From: Ruditapes philippinarum
Lineage: Eukaryota
Reading direction: 5' to 3'
Assembly (NCBI RefSeq): GCF_026571515.1
Contig: NW_026859253.1
Span: 124,001-188,000, forward strand
Length of the DNA stretch: 64,000 bases
The position numbers and the translations under genes were made by a program. Positions 12,229 to 24,300 of this stretch are shown here, piece by piece. The first letter of the stretch is position 1; each line of letters begins with the position of its first letter. The notes beneath the pieces are model-generated. The model was given only the letters and a program-made list of their open reading frames with translations. It searched no databases and was not told the DNA's origin.

Positions 12229-14277
12229 TTAAAACTTGAGCCAGTATTCAAGAGCCATGGGCCTAGCTGGCGCGACGGCCAGATCAGTTATGTAAACTGG
12301 AACCCCCGTCAGGTAAGAAGTGTACGCTCCATTCTTGAACACGGTTATTCGCACTTTTGTCACCTTAAGTCCTTGCATGGAACTGAAGTCAGCTTCAACC
12401 TACAGCAAAAGAAATGTATAAAAAATGAGAATTAAAGTTAATGTCTAATGCTCTATGACGTAAAATAAATGCTTAAACTTGGGTTTATAAGAATTATTAT
12501 CATTTATGATAATTTCCTTTTTTGCTCTCTGTCGTACTGGTCATTTTAAGACTTTACATCATATGCAATGTTTTCTGTTTGTTTTCATTTATTGTCGCAA
12601 AAAATGTACCAAACATCCTAAACTTCCACTTGATTCACGTGCTTGTGACATTAACGTTAAATAAGCCATAGATTAAGGTTAATCTTACCGATTTCACGAT
12701 GGGGTTAACTTTATCCAGGGTATGATCGTAGACATCTTGGATTTTCTTCAGTTGGTTTTGCAGAGTGTTGTTCTTATCTACTATTGCACTTCCACAAACT
12801 ATGAAAAAGATAAGCGTCAATCATAATAAATCATGCAAATGTCTTTGTTTTGTTTTGCATGCTTGTTTCTTGTTATATGTCGATTTTAGTTCATTTCCGT
12901 TCATGTATTCGATCCACCTTGCAGGCCTTCCTTGATAGCTACCCAATAACCACTGCTTTCTCTGCAGATTATCAACTACTTACCCCATATGATTACTGAA
13001 AGACAAGTGACAACCAGACTAAATACAAATGTATTAGTTTTACGATCCATGACATAGGATCGAACAAGCAACTTACAATAGTCCGATACTCTCACTACTT
13101 AGCGGATGGACTCTATGCAAATGTATGCTTATAAGCCAGTGTACATTTGTATTTCAAAAACAAGTGTAACGACAAAATCTTAGAAGAATAGGAATATAAT
13201 ACCAGTTAAAGCAAAGCATCTGCCTTAAATTCCTATCTTAGGAAATCATGTTTTATGTTACAAAATATATCATCATATTCATTAATACCTGCTGTGACAA
13301 CTTCGTCTTCTGTTGGAAGCAGTAGCGGTCTACAGGATGTACATTGCTGCATGCATTGTTTAACTTTCGGATCGATCACTTCGCGCTTCCTTCGTCGTTT
13401 TCCTAAAAGATCTAAACGAAAGAAAATAAGGAAAATAGATGGTGGGCGTAGGTAATTGGTATTCAAACAAGTTCGTTTATGTTCAAGAAGCTTTGTTACT
13501 CTCCGTAGTTTTATCAAAATTAGATCCCACCATGAAAGACAAATGTTGTGGACATTGTCGTGAATGAATTATTTCAAGATATTACCAACAAATCCAAAAC
13601 CAAATAAAGCCAATTTCAAGCTGCTTAGTACAAAACTTATTTCTATCTGGTAAAATACATTTTACAACATATAGTGAATAGTTTGAATGTTATTTTAGCA
13701 TACAACTTAGATATTTATCACAAAAGCTCGGACATTATACATTGAATCTAAACAATTTTGGAAATTTGTGGTTTCATATTTTTGGTTAAAAAGATGGTGA
13801 CAGCAAATATAAAAAATACCTTTCAAATCTTTCAGTTTATCTCCAATGAGTGACCCAGTATCGATGGTGAAATCTTTAATGTCTTTGCCCAGGTTTTTCA
13901 GACTGTCGACAGCTTTTTTGATTCCGATTTCTATTTGTTTATAAAGGAACTAGAAGACAAAATAATCCCGTTTATTTACAAATACTCATAGATTAAAATA
14001 AAAGAGGCAAAAATGAACTATATTCTAAAAAACCATTAGCATCGTCAGATGCTAACGACCTATTCTTTCCCTTATTATTGCAAAATGACGAAGAGATATT
14101 GGACTTATGTATCTGTTGATGAATTACGATGATCTTTATCCTTAATACGATCTTGATGATGATGTTGATTGTAATGATGATGATGCTCATAATGATGATG
14201 AAAATGATGATGATGATTATGATGATCATGATGATGACAAAATGATGTTGCTGATGCTGCTGTTGCTGATGATGATA

Positions 14278-14336
<59 letters not shown>

Positions 14337-15886
14337 AAATGTGATTATCATGATGATGACGACGATGATATTGATTATAATGATGTGATGATCATGATGA
14401 ACAAACAGTAAATACTACCTTAAACTCTTTCGGCAACTTGACGGAAAGGCCTAGGTTTTTGAAGTAGTTGATAAAACCACCGGCTTTGTCTCCAATTAAT
14501 TCCACAGCAACATCAACTTTCTTGCCTATGTCATCTAGTGGTCCCTTCAGATGTGTATATGGATTAGCAAGATTCAAAATGTCTTTGAATGTCGGCGATT
14601 TTCTGTGAAAATTCACTTGTTTCAATATTTACATTAATCTATTTATTTGATATTATTTATTTATTTATCTATTTGTTTTATTCATTTATTTATTTATTTA
14701 TTTATTTATTTCATTTTATCTTGAATTTCCACTTGACACGTGCACTTGATTAAACAGTTTTAATCACTGTTACTGCAGTGTAATTAAGTCGGATTAATGA
14801 AGCTAATGGTTGTTCCTTTTTATTACATGTATAATAAGTGTTCTGAAGAATAGATGTATAGCAAAAATTTACAACTGTACAAATAGTAAAATGGTTCATA
14901 CCACTTATCATGTTAGAGTTTAAGTACAAGATTTTAATCCTCGCAAGACACCGAAAACGAAAACAGTAAAAATGTTAAAATTACATTTCTCGTATCGAGC
15001 TATCGATGTTATTTTAGACTCAGCCATTTGAGTCGGTCAGATTAATTTAAAAAAGAAAATAAATCAATAGGAAAATGGATGTAAAACTTAACTTACTTGC
15101 ATTTACTCTGTGCACATGACTTGCACAAGTTTACTTGTGATTCTATTTTAAGTTTACAAGCGTCTACTAAAGGTGTCAGTTCATTACTGGCCTCAACAGT
15201 CCTATTAACTTCGATTGCAACTTGTTCTAGAAGTGTTTGCCGGAATATTTGAAGAAATACTGAAAATTGTAAGTAATTTATGATAAGCATTATACAACAT
15301 AGGTGAAATATTTAATAAATTACCCAAATTTTATGATCAGAAGAAATTATCTAAATCAAGTAAATTTTCATAGCAAATTCTCCTCTTAGCTCCTCTATTT
15401 ACAGCAAACTCCATGTCGGATGTTCTTATGATCATATAGCACCTTTCGAATTTCCTGATGGAGGAGGACCTCATGTTCTTTATTGTACATTATTTACATT
15501 ATTTCGGAGGTATGCTGACAGTTGTGGGCTGTTGAGTAGAACCACCGACTTTGTAAAAACTGACAGGATAGATCAAAACGCTTTTCCTTATTTTAGTTAT
15601 TAATCATCAACTTTTTGATAAGCAAAGACGTATAGACATTTTGATCAACGACATACAAACGTTTTGAAGATAATGGCCAGATATAAACTGGTAACTTGTT
15701 AAAAAGACTAAATAACGAATATTGCTATAATACATTTCAAACAAACGGCAGACAAATTATTCGACATAAAGTAAGAATTAGTGAAACCTCTTACAAACCT
15801 TTGAAGGAATCCGGACTGATTGGTGTAAATTGCCCATAAGTACTTCCAGTCACTAAACACACCAGAAATAGCCCTGACAACATCAT
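12229..15886 (-). CDS. Secreted 8-Cys precursor, paralog B (322 aa, unknown family)
   Basis: Exons 15886-15799, 15259-15097, 14602-14419, 13949-13820, 13411-13289, 12798-12689, 12399-12229, same phases as A. MMLSGLFLVCLVTGSTYG...FRQTLLEQVAIEVNRT...CKLKIESQVNLCKSCAQSKC...LANPYTHLKGPL...DLLG-KRRRKR-EVIDPKVKQCMQQCTSC...VCGSAIVDKNNT...MALEYWLKF*. AATAAA on minus at 12128-12133. Confidence 0.9.
14150..14400. repeat. (GAT)n microsatellite, degenerate at the edges
   Basis: Pure (GAT)n core around 14277-14335, in intron 3 of paralog B. Confidence 0.95.
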
Positions 15887-16437
15887 TTCTCTCTGTTAGT
15901 ATGAATGCTCTGTGTTACGGTGTATCCTCCGAGTAGCAGTCAGCCCGGCAAACGGCTAAAAAGTAAGAGAAAGTAAAAATATGCCCCTTGGAAATGTTTC
16001 TTCTTGTAGATATACAAAGACAAAAATATCGAAATACTATAAGTAATATTCAAAATAAAAGTTTTTTTTATTTTGTCATCAGAAGTCAATTCGTTTTGTT
16101 GAATACGATTAGCAATACGCCGTACGTCGAGTTTATTTATACACAATGTGTGTGTAGCGAGCCATACCGAACGTGTAAACAAAAATATATTTTACGTCAA
16201 CGTAACGTAGGTAAGCAAACGAAATGTAAACATTTCACGGTAACGGGACGTTCATGGGAAAAGCCGCAGTCTTTACTTCACACTATGTAAATTTAAAGTA
16301 ATATGGAAATATACAAACATCTTAAAAAGAGGAAACGATAATTAAAACCATTATAATTATGTTTACAATAAAACGGTTGTCACGTGAAGCACTTCTGCTA
16401 TATTGTATTAAATCCTGTTATAATATAATGTACTTAC

Positions 16438-16488
16438 TTTGGTTCCCAGAATTTTGCTGACGCTTCTAATCACCGTCCCTTATATATA
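16438..16488 (-). promoter_or_regulatory. Putative TATA promoter and non-coding first micro-exon of paralog B
   Basis: TATATATAAG at 16488-16479, Inr-like TCAGCA about 30 nt downstream, then an AAA|gtaagt donor at 16438/16437. A matching ctaacag acceptor lies 6 nt before the ATG (15894-15893). Confidence 0.5.
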
Positions 16489-18539
16489 CATTTTGTAAGT
16501 CTTATTAACCCGAGGGTTAGTTGAAATAAAGCAAACAGTTCAATTGATTAACACGGCAATTAAACGTCATTTAAAATGATAATAAGCCGCCTTAAGCCAC
16601 GAAATATGCTTTATTTCCTACACGAATTGCAACATCTTGTAGATGACAAATGAAAATAAACTAAAAACAAATTCTACCGAAAGCTGTGAAGGTTCGTTAA
16701 ATTACTACAACTACAAATATTTTATTGCATTACAACAATATGTTCCATTGCAATAATTAATATTTTCAACACAAAAACATGCAAATTCATTATTTTATTA
16801 TTTTAAAACCCGTGTAACTGACATATTCAGAACTTGCCTTCCCACGCACTCAGGCAAACCGTTTTCCGGGATACTCGAGAGAAAAACAATAACAGGAGTT
16901 TTTATAGCGTTACCAAGACCAATTGAGAACGAGCTAAATAGACAGTCTAATGGGGACATACAACCCTATCCTTCACACCAACGGATCGCGGGTTCGAGCC
17001 AGTGGGGTGACGGTTACTTCTCCATCAAAGTATACATTTTGTTACAGTAAACAGTAAGATACATTTTGCAATAGCTTTTTTAACTATGCAAAAAATCAAT
17101 AATCCAAGTGACCAACGGAAATATCGTCTGGTATGTATCACTAACGTTCATTTTTCATAATAGTCGGGGTAGTCTCTTTATAACTTGGGTGGTTTTTACA
17201 TCATATCCTAAACATTTTTCATTGTCAATTTATTGTCATTCTCTTAGAATAAACTGCTAATTAAACTGAACTTGGCAGTGAAAAAAAAAATAATATCACT
17301 AAATTGCTAATAATAAACCAGTTTTGTAACTGACTGGCCAAATTGGATAAAAATTATAGAATTGATTCTTATGGTTTGCTGGTGTCATTGAAATTGTTAT
17401 TTCCAATTGTTGATAAAACCATCTGTTTCATATATTGAAAACATATATCAAATAGCTTAAAGCTTTGATATTTATCATCATAGTTGATAAATGGAAATGC
17501 ACGATAGTTTCAAAAATAAACAAAAAATAACTGACGCTCATCGTTTACATCCGCAAGCACTTACAATATAAAATAAGTGCAGTGAACTTGTTTTGCCTGA
17601 GCTGAAAATTCACTTTTACGTACTTAAAAGTATTAATCAAACAATTTCTCAATTAACGTTAATAGCATGTAATCACGTGTATGTATAAAGAAATAAAATC
17701 GTTTATTTGTATCAATCAAAGACCCAAGATATCAATAAAAAGGAATATTGATCTTTATGTAGTAGATAAATGCCGAAAACTGTCAAAAATGTAAAATATT
17801 GCATTTCATGAAGGTCGGGTTATATTTTCAAAGAACCGTTTATATGTGGCCAGATAACCTGTCAAAAATCTTTATAATGAATAATATATTTTGTTTTAGA
17901 GTATATCTCTTTTGATTAAAAGCAAACTCGTGTAATTATCTTTATTCTTTGTAAATTTCAATGCCTCAGCTCTTTATTATTCTGCACGATATGCATTAAT
18001 GAAAAGGACAAAAACATTTGGGGGTAGTTACACAGATGTTGTTTATGTTTTCTGATTGTTGTTTTTGTTGTTGTTGTTATACATTCATTTATACACCCAT
18101 CAGTTTAAAAAAAATGTACAACCGCTCTTTCAGAATGCACGTGTATTCTTTATCTTTCCGGTGCATATCCGCACTTTAAGACCACACGAGTATTTGGCGA
18201 CAAAGCTTTAATTAAAGTTTACCTTATAACGAACAACTAATGACTACTGACTTATAATTCAGAGAAAGACCTAAAGTAGTTGTTTAAGTATCAATACTAC
18301 ATTGTCATTTCGTCAAGTAAGGAATAATGACTTTTTTTCATCTTTTTTTCCCTAAAATTTTAGGGGAAAATAATGCATTAGGAAATATGATAAGCTATTT
18401 GTTGTCCGTATCTAAACATACTCTGCACATGTTTTATATTTCCAAAAATAGATTACATCAAGATATATATTATTGATCAGCGACAGGGACTAATTGAACA
18501 CAACGTATGCGTCTAATGTGTAATATGTAGAAACTTTAA

Positions 18540-18887
18540 AGACACCTTATGCCTCAGAAGCAAATATTTTTTACTTCTTTTGAAAGGGAAAAACATAAAT
18601 GTTGTAATGTCTTTATAATTGTTTAAGACAATGATGCTTGTTACCTGATGTAAAGTAGCGCTGAATGTGAAATAATTTGTCATAAAAATAGCAAAATGTT
18701 AACAAAGTAGTATTTTGACTTCCATGCAAAGTACTAATTCACTATAACTGTACTTATTGCCAGAAAGCAACAGATGGAAAAGTTGTTTCAGGTAATAGGC
18801 TTATTTGAAATTTTTGGGATACTATAAAAGTACACTAAAATAAAAAAAAAATATCTTCAAAAAAAATTCCCGAGGCATAATGGGCCT
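18540..18887. mobile_element. Kolobok-like non-autonomous DNA transposon
   Basis: TTAA on both flanks, AG..CT termini and imperfect TIRs (ttatgcctcagaa / ttcccgaggcataa). The internal motif ttttgacttccatrcaaa recurs at ~11360, ~24645 and ~51255. Confidence 0.6.
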
Positions 18888-19655
18888 TTAAAGGTTGACA
18901 ACTTACAAAAATGACAATCTGCTGATCAAATTATTCATATTCGTAAAAACCAACCAAATTACCAGTCATGTCAGAAAGTAGTATTTCATCACAACAACCC
19001 AAACCGTACACTATGTACAGATAGATTTGACAGTCATGCAGTAAACAAGTATTTACTTTACCTAGTAACAGTTGTTTTTACAAATACATTTTTAAAAAAA
19101 CATCAGTAAATAATTATAAATTTGTCATTCCAGGTAAAAAAAACAAATAAAGATGAAAAACGTCACAAGTCTTAACCTTTAGATTTCTCATTTGTCTGTT
19201 GTTGTTTGTTTGTTGTTGTTGTTGTTGTACGTGTGGGTCATGCAGCACATTTGCGTGTGTGCGTTCGCACGCGCGCTTGTGTGATTGAGGGAGGCGGTAA
19301 TAAAAGTAGCTATAGATAATTTGTATGAACAGTATTTCACAGTATTTTAAGGAACTCTAATGAGATCTAAAACCAACAATTTCAGTTTTTTTAAACTGAT
19401 CAACTTGGGGTCATTTAATGTAGAAATGTATCACAAAGAAATATACTCCAAATTAAAATGAAAATGGTGGTTTTGTGCGACTCTTTGTCTGATTGGAGTA
19501 AAAGCTTTTATTTTTGTGTCATTATTCTCAATAAGAGTAAGTATTTTAGAAAAAAAAAAGAGTAGGCGAATGATCTGAAATCCTGCACACAAGTTTTTGG
19601 TCCAGATTTACATTAATTATACGAGTGTTGTCCCAAAATGTCGTATATTGAAAAA

Positions 19656-20622
19656 TGAGCCGTGTCACGACAAAACCAACATAATGGTTTTGCGACAAGC
19701 ATGGATCCAGACCAGCCCGCGCATCCATGCTTCGCTCCCCCTATTTTTAAATAGGAAACATACGATGAAAGAGTTCTACCAACCCCGGGGTTTCCAGGTG
19801 GTCGACCAGTATGAAACGAATGTTTTTTGACACCCCAATTCTTTTCCCGGGTAAAATCTTATTCTTAAAATATTCGAAAAAAATATTTTATTTTATACTT
19901 TTTTTTTATAATTGTTTTAAAAAAATACAAAATAATACAGAAGAAGAAGAAGAAGAAGAAGAAGAAGAAGAAGAAGAAGAAAGAACCATAATATGAGTAT
20001 ATGCCATGCAATAAATGCGCTTAACTGAACTCACTTTAAGCATATAATATAAATGTATTTTTGAATCAATTTTTTTCGTATCCACCCCTGAGTTAATCTT
20101 TTAATCGGAGCCTCGGCCCCATGCGCAACTGCAACATTTATAGGGTCTTGTAAAGGGCATGCACTTAGACTCTGGAATAAAAATTTTAAAATTTTACCCT
20201 TTAAAATTTAGAATAAAAAAAACCCAAAAAACAAAAAAAAATAGGTCCAAAAGGGAACGGTCAGTAAAATTATTTTCCCAAAAATTCCAGAAAAAGAATT
20301 AAGAAGCTACATTTGAATTTAAGAGGAAAAATTTTCTGTAAAATTAAAATGAATGAGTTTTTTTTGTTCTGAAAAAAAATATATATACAGCAAAATTTGC
20401 CGTTTTCACACAAAAAACCAAAAAATAGTTTCGTTTTTCGAACCCGCAGGATCCAGAACCAGCCCCGCGCACTGCCAGTCTGATCAGGGCCATTGTTCCT
20501 ACAATCACTTTTAAATAGTTGGGTTAGCGAAAGCATATCCTGACAGACTGCGCGGGATCCAGGCTGGTCGATTCCATGCTGGTCGCAAATGCGCTAATTT
20601 GGTTTTGTCGTTGCACAGCTCG
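19656..20622. mobile_element. Interrupted or damaged copy of the palindromic MITE at 58032
   Basis: Left arm tgagccgtgtcacgacaaaaccaacata at 19656; the remainder lies at ~20440-20622. The intervening sequence is homopolymer-smeared and contains (GAA)n at 19938-19980. Confidence 0.75.
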
Positions 20623-21336
20623 AATAGTTTTTAAAAGAATATGACTCTTCAGAGCAGATATTTACAAAGTTCGATCTCTATACTTTATGCAGGTGTTTGA
20701 ATCTGTAAAATTTTCTGTTTGAAGTATAGCAAATATTTTTTTCCCAGGGAGTGTCTGATATTCTCTGAAAAGGTAAACGTTGCACTAAAAAAGTAAACTG
20801 TGTACTAAAAAGTAAACCTTGTACTAAACAGAAAAGCACAACCGAAAACAGAGAAAATAGAAGTACAAATAGATGTATGTCATTTTCTAACTCAATATGT
20901 TTAAGTATAGATATTAAATTGACTAAGTGTGTTTGCTAAGTATGTTTGAACTTTTGTTTTTAAATTTTGTCAAATGCATTGACTATTTTGAAAACGGAGC
21001 AATAGTGTGCATTTGGTTGCCTTACATAGTCTGTGTTCATTTTGCTGAACGATTTCTTTTCAGTCTTTTCCCTATTTTTGTCAGAAATTTTATAGATCTA
21101 ATTAAAGTCTTCTCATTAAAGTTAAAAATACATGATTGGGTAAATAAATGTTGGTGAAGATATTTATCAGAAAGCGACAGTCATAAAGTTTGTAAATATA
21201 AGGTTTTCACATTGCACGAGTAGTATAGGGGGCGATCATCCCTCTTTTTAAGCTGTTTTTCCCCTTCAAATTAACGTCCAACTATGATTTAATTCCGGGA
21301 CGCTGTACTTTGATGACGTATTCTTGCCATCTGCAT

Positions 21337-24300
21337 TTATACAACGACTTTCTCGTACCAATACTCCACCCCCATTCTCTTGGCACCCAGTGCCATGTTG
21401 AACAATGGAAATTCAACATCAGTGTTGTAGGTGCGGTATTCCTCGGCACTGTAGGCAGTAATTGTGACCAGTGAAACCTTGAAGTCAGCAGTTAGGGAAG
21501 ACAAATCTAAAACAACCTGAAATATACGTGATTATATTTATCTACCTTGACAAATTTTGCTGCCATATTGATATTAACTATAATTTAGTTTTACATCATA
21601 AATCATATAACATGATTATAAAACAATCAACACAATGCAATGTCGCTAATTTTAAGTAAAGAACTCCATTTCATAATTCATCAAATAAAAAAGCCTTTTT
21701 AAATGTTCCCGTCAAACTGCAACTGCTGTACTAAAATATGTTACAAAAAGGGCGACAATCCAATTTAATGATCGCTGTATGTTCGGATATGAGTTATGCA
21801 TCTTTATTTGTAATTGACCAGCGCCTATGGGTGTGATGAATGGGGTTATAAAGTCAACCAAATAACAGATATGTCAAACAGACAAGTATTCTGTACCTCT
21901 TTGACGATTGGGTACACCTCGTCCAATGTGTAGTTGTAGGCGGTTTGAATCTTCAAGAGATTATTCTGTATGGTTTCGTTTTTCGTGATTACGTCACTGC
22001 CACATACTACAAATACGAAAAAAAGAACACAATAATTACAAATACAAAAAAAGAACACACTAATTTAGTGATGTTATGCTTTTTATAAAGTGTGTACCTT
22101 TATTTAGCTACTTTGTAAATGTATCTATATATATTTAGACTTTCTATATATATTTAGACTTTGTAAATGTATCTTACTTTGTAAATATTGTTTGCATAAT
22201 TTCGGTTGCAGCAGTGTATTTGATAAATCACAGAGATACCAAGAGTTCTTCATTTTGCATGTTAAAATAAGAAATGTACTTCTATGCCATCAATAGTGAC
22301 GGTATGCCATATAGTTCACTACATTTGAGGTAAGATTGTGTTCTTGCTGGTACTTACCGTGTGTTGCAGAATATTAAGAAGTTATATTTATCAAAAAGAT
22401 TTGTTAGTTTAAAATTGTTTTGAACAATGTTTTTGATATAAATCCAAGCATATAATAGCTATTTTTAAACCTGCTGCAATAATGTCTTGTTGGGTAGGCA
22501 GCAGCAACTTCTCACAGGGCGGACATTTCTCCATGCACGCTCTTATCTCGGCATCATCGTTTGAACGCTGATCCAACTTCCGGTCAATTAACTTGCGCAG
22601 AAGAACTTCAGCGCCAAGGAGTTCGCGCAGATTCATTAAAGAACGCTTTCGCCTTTTGAAAGGCAACAGGTCTTCTGAAATTAGAAAAATAAAATTGCAC
22701 AACAGTAACATACATATACGAGTGTGGGCTTTGGGAGTGAACATTATGATTTACGTGATATAGAACATAGAATATTAATACCGTGAAGAAGAATGAACGT
22801 TTACTTACTGTCGCCATCTATTACATAAATATTATTAAAGCTACGAATAGTGTAGTAAATGATCTGAAGCACGAATAAAATAAAACACAATATATTTTAA
22901 AACTGGGCGACTATTACAACCGCCATACATCACATGACACAGACCACTTACTGAAAAGATCGAAAAGTCCTTCTGTTGCATCTTTTATGAAGATTCCAAA
23001 ATCTTCTAGTTTGTCCTTCAACTTCGCCAGATCTTCATGCAATTTGTCAAAAATACCCTGACGATAAATATATGTATGTTTTAATAATGATAAACGGGTC
23101 GGTTACATGAACTAAGACTTTAACTCGCAATTTATATTTCATTTTCATTAAAATAAATAAAGAAAGAAATAAATAAATAAAAAATCCTCATGTAAATGAA
23201 ATTATTCTAGAATTTTAAATGTTAAAACTAAAACGGAAATTTTTACACCCTATCTAAACACTATCTTGGTATTTGATTTTACACTCTTCTGATAATATTA
23301 TAACTATGTTTCCAAATAGGGCTTTCCTTTTTTCAATATATACGTGCACGTGTTTCGCACATTGGAATTTTCGCAGATAATAAATATTACCATTATTCAG
23401 TCAAGTTTTGGATTTATTGAACGAATCATTGCCCCTGTCGAAAATGCAATACATATTACATGTAAATGTAAATGCTCTTTGAAATATATTCAAGGTAACG
23501 TCATGACACATATTAAACACGTACAATACGTCATACCTTTGCAAAATCTGGAAAATCTTTCAAATGTCCCCCAAGATCATTTAGTGCGTTATAAAATCCA
23601 ACAGCATCCTCTTTTAGAAGTTCTCCAGCAGTTTCCAGTCTATTTCCGATGCTGTCAAGCGGTCCTTCGAGGTAATTGTACGGATTTGCGAGCTCTAGGT
23701 AATCCAAGAACGTAGGAGATCGTCTGGGGACAAAAGGAGAGCATGTAGTGAACCTAATTACACTTTTAGAATGGACATGTCTTATATAAACTTACGTTTT
23801 TGGAATTGCCTATTATCAATTTTGGGGAAAAAGATTTGCCATACAAAAGTAAGACTTAAACAGATTATCATCTAGATTAGATTTGGTAATAACATCCAAA
23901 ACAAACAAGCGTCGATGTGTTCATGAATATAAACTATCCTGCTATTCAACGCATTTTAGAAGAAAAAATATCAAAATTACTTGCGCTATTCGTAGTATCC
24001 GAAAGCATTTACTTACTGGCATTGTGCCTGAGTACAAGCCTTGCATTCGGCGGTCAATGACTCCATGGCAGGTTTACAATCATCTATCAATTCTTTTAAT
24101 TCTTCAGTCATATTCACAGTGATGTCTAGATTTAGAGCGATCATTCCCAGCAATCCTTGACGGAATTTGATGGTAAATTCTGAAAAAAAAGACGCAGCAA
24201 ACTTTCCAGACACATAGAACTTAAATTTGATCTGTTTTTAAAAATGTGAGAGAAGCGATACATTTGCCTCGATATGATACGATACATACCGCGATACTTA

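Noticed and set aside
13993-14229. Poly-Ile ORF, and poly-His/poly-Asp ORFs at 62313-62713
   Set aside because: Trinucleotide microsatellite translations.
21337-23723. Suspected frameshifts in paralog C exons 3 and 7
   Set aside because: Recounting the homopolymer runs gives an intact frame.
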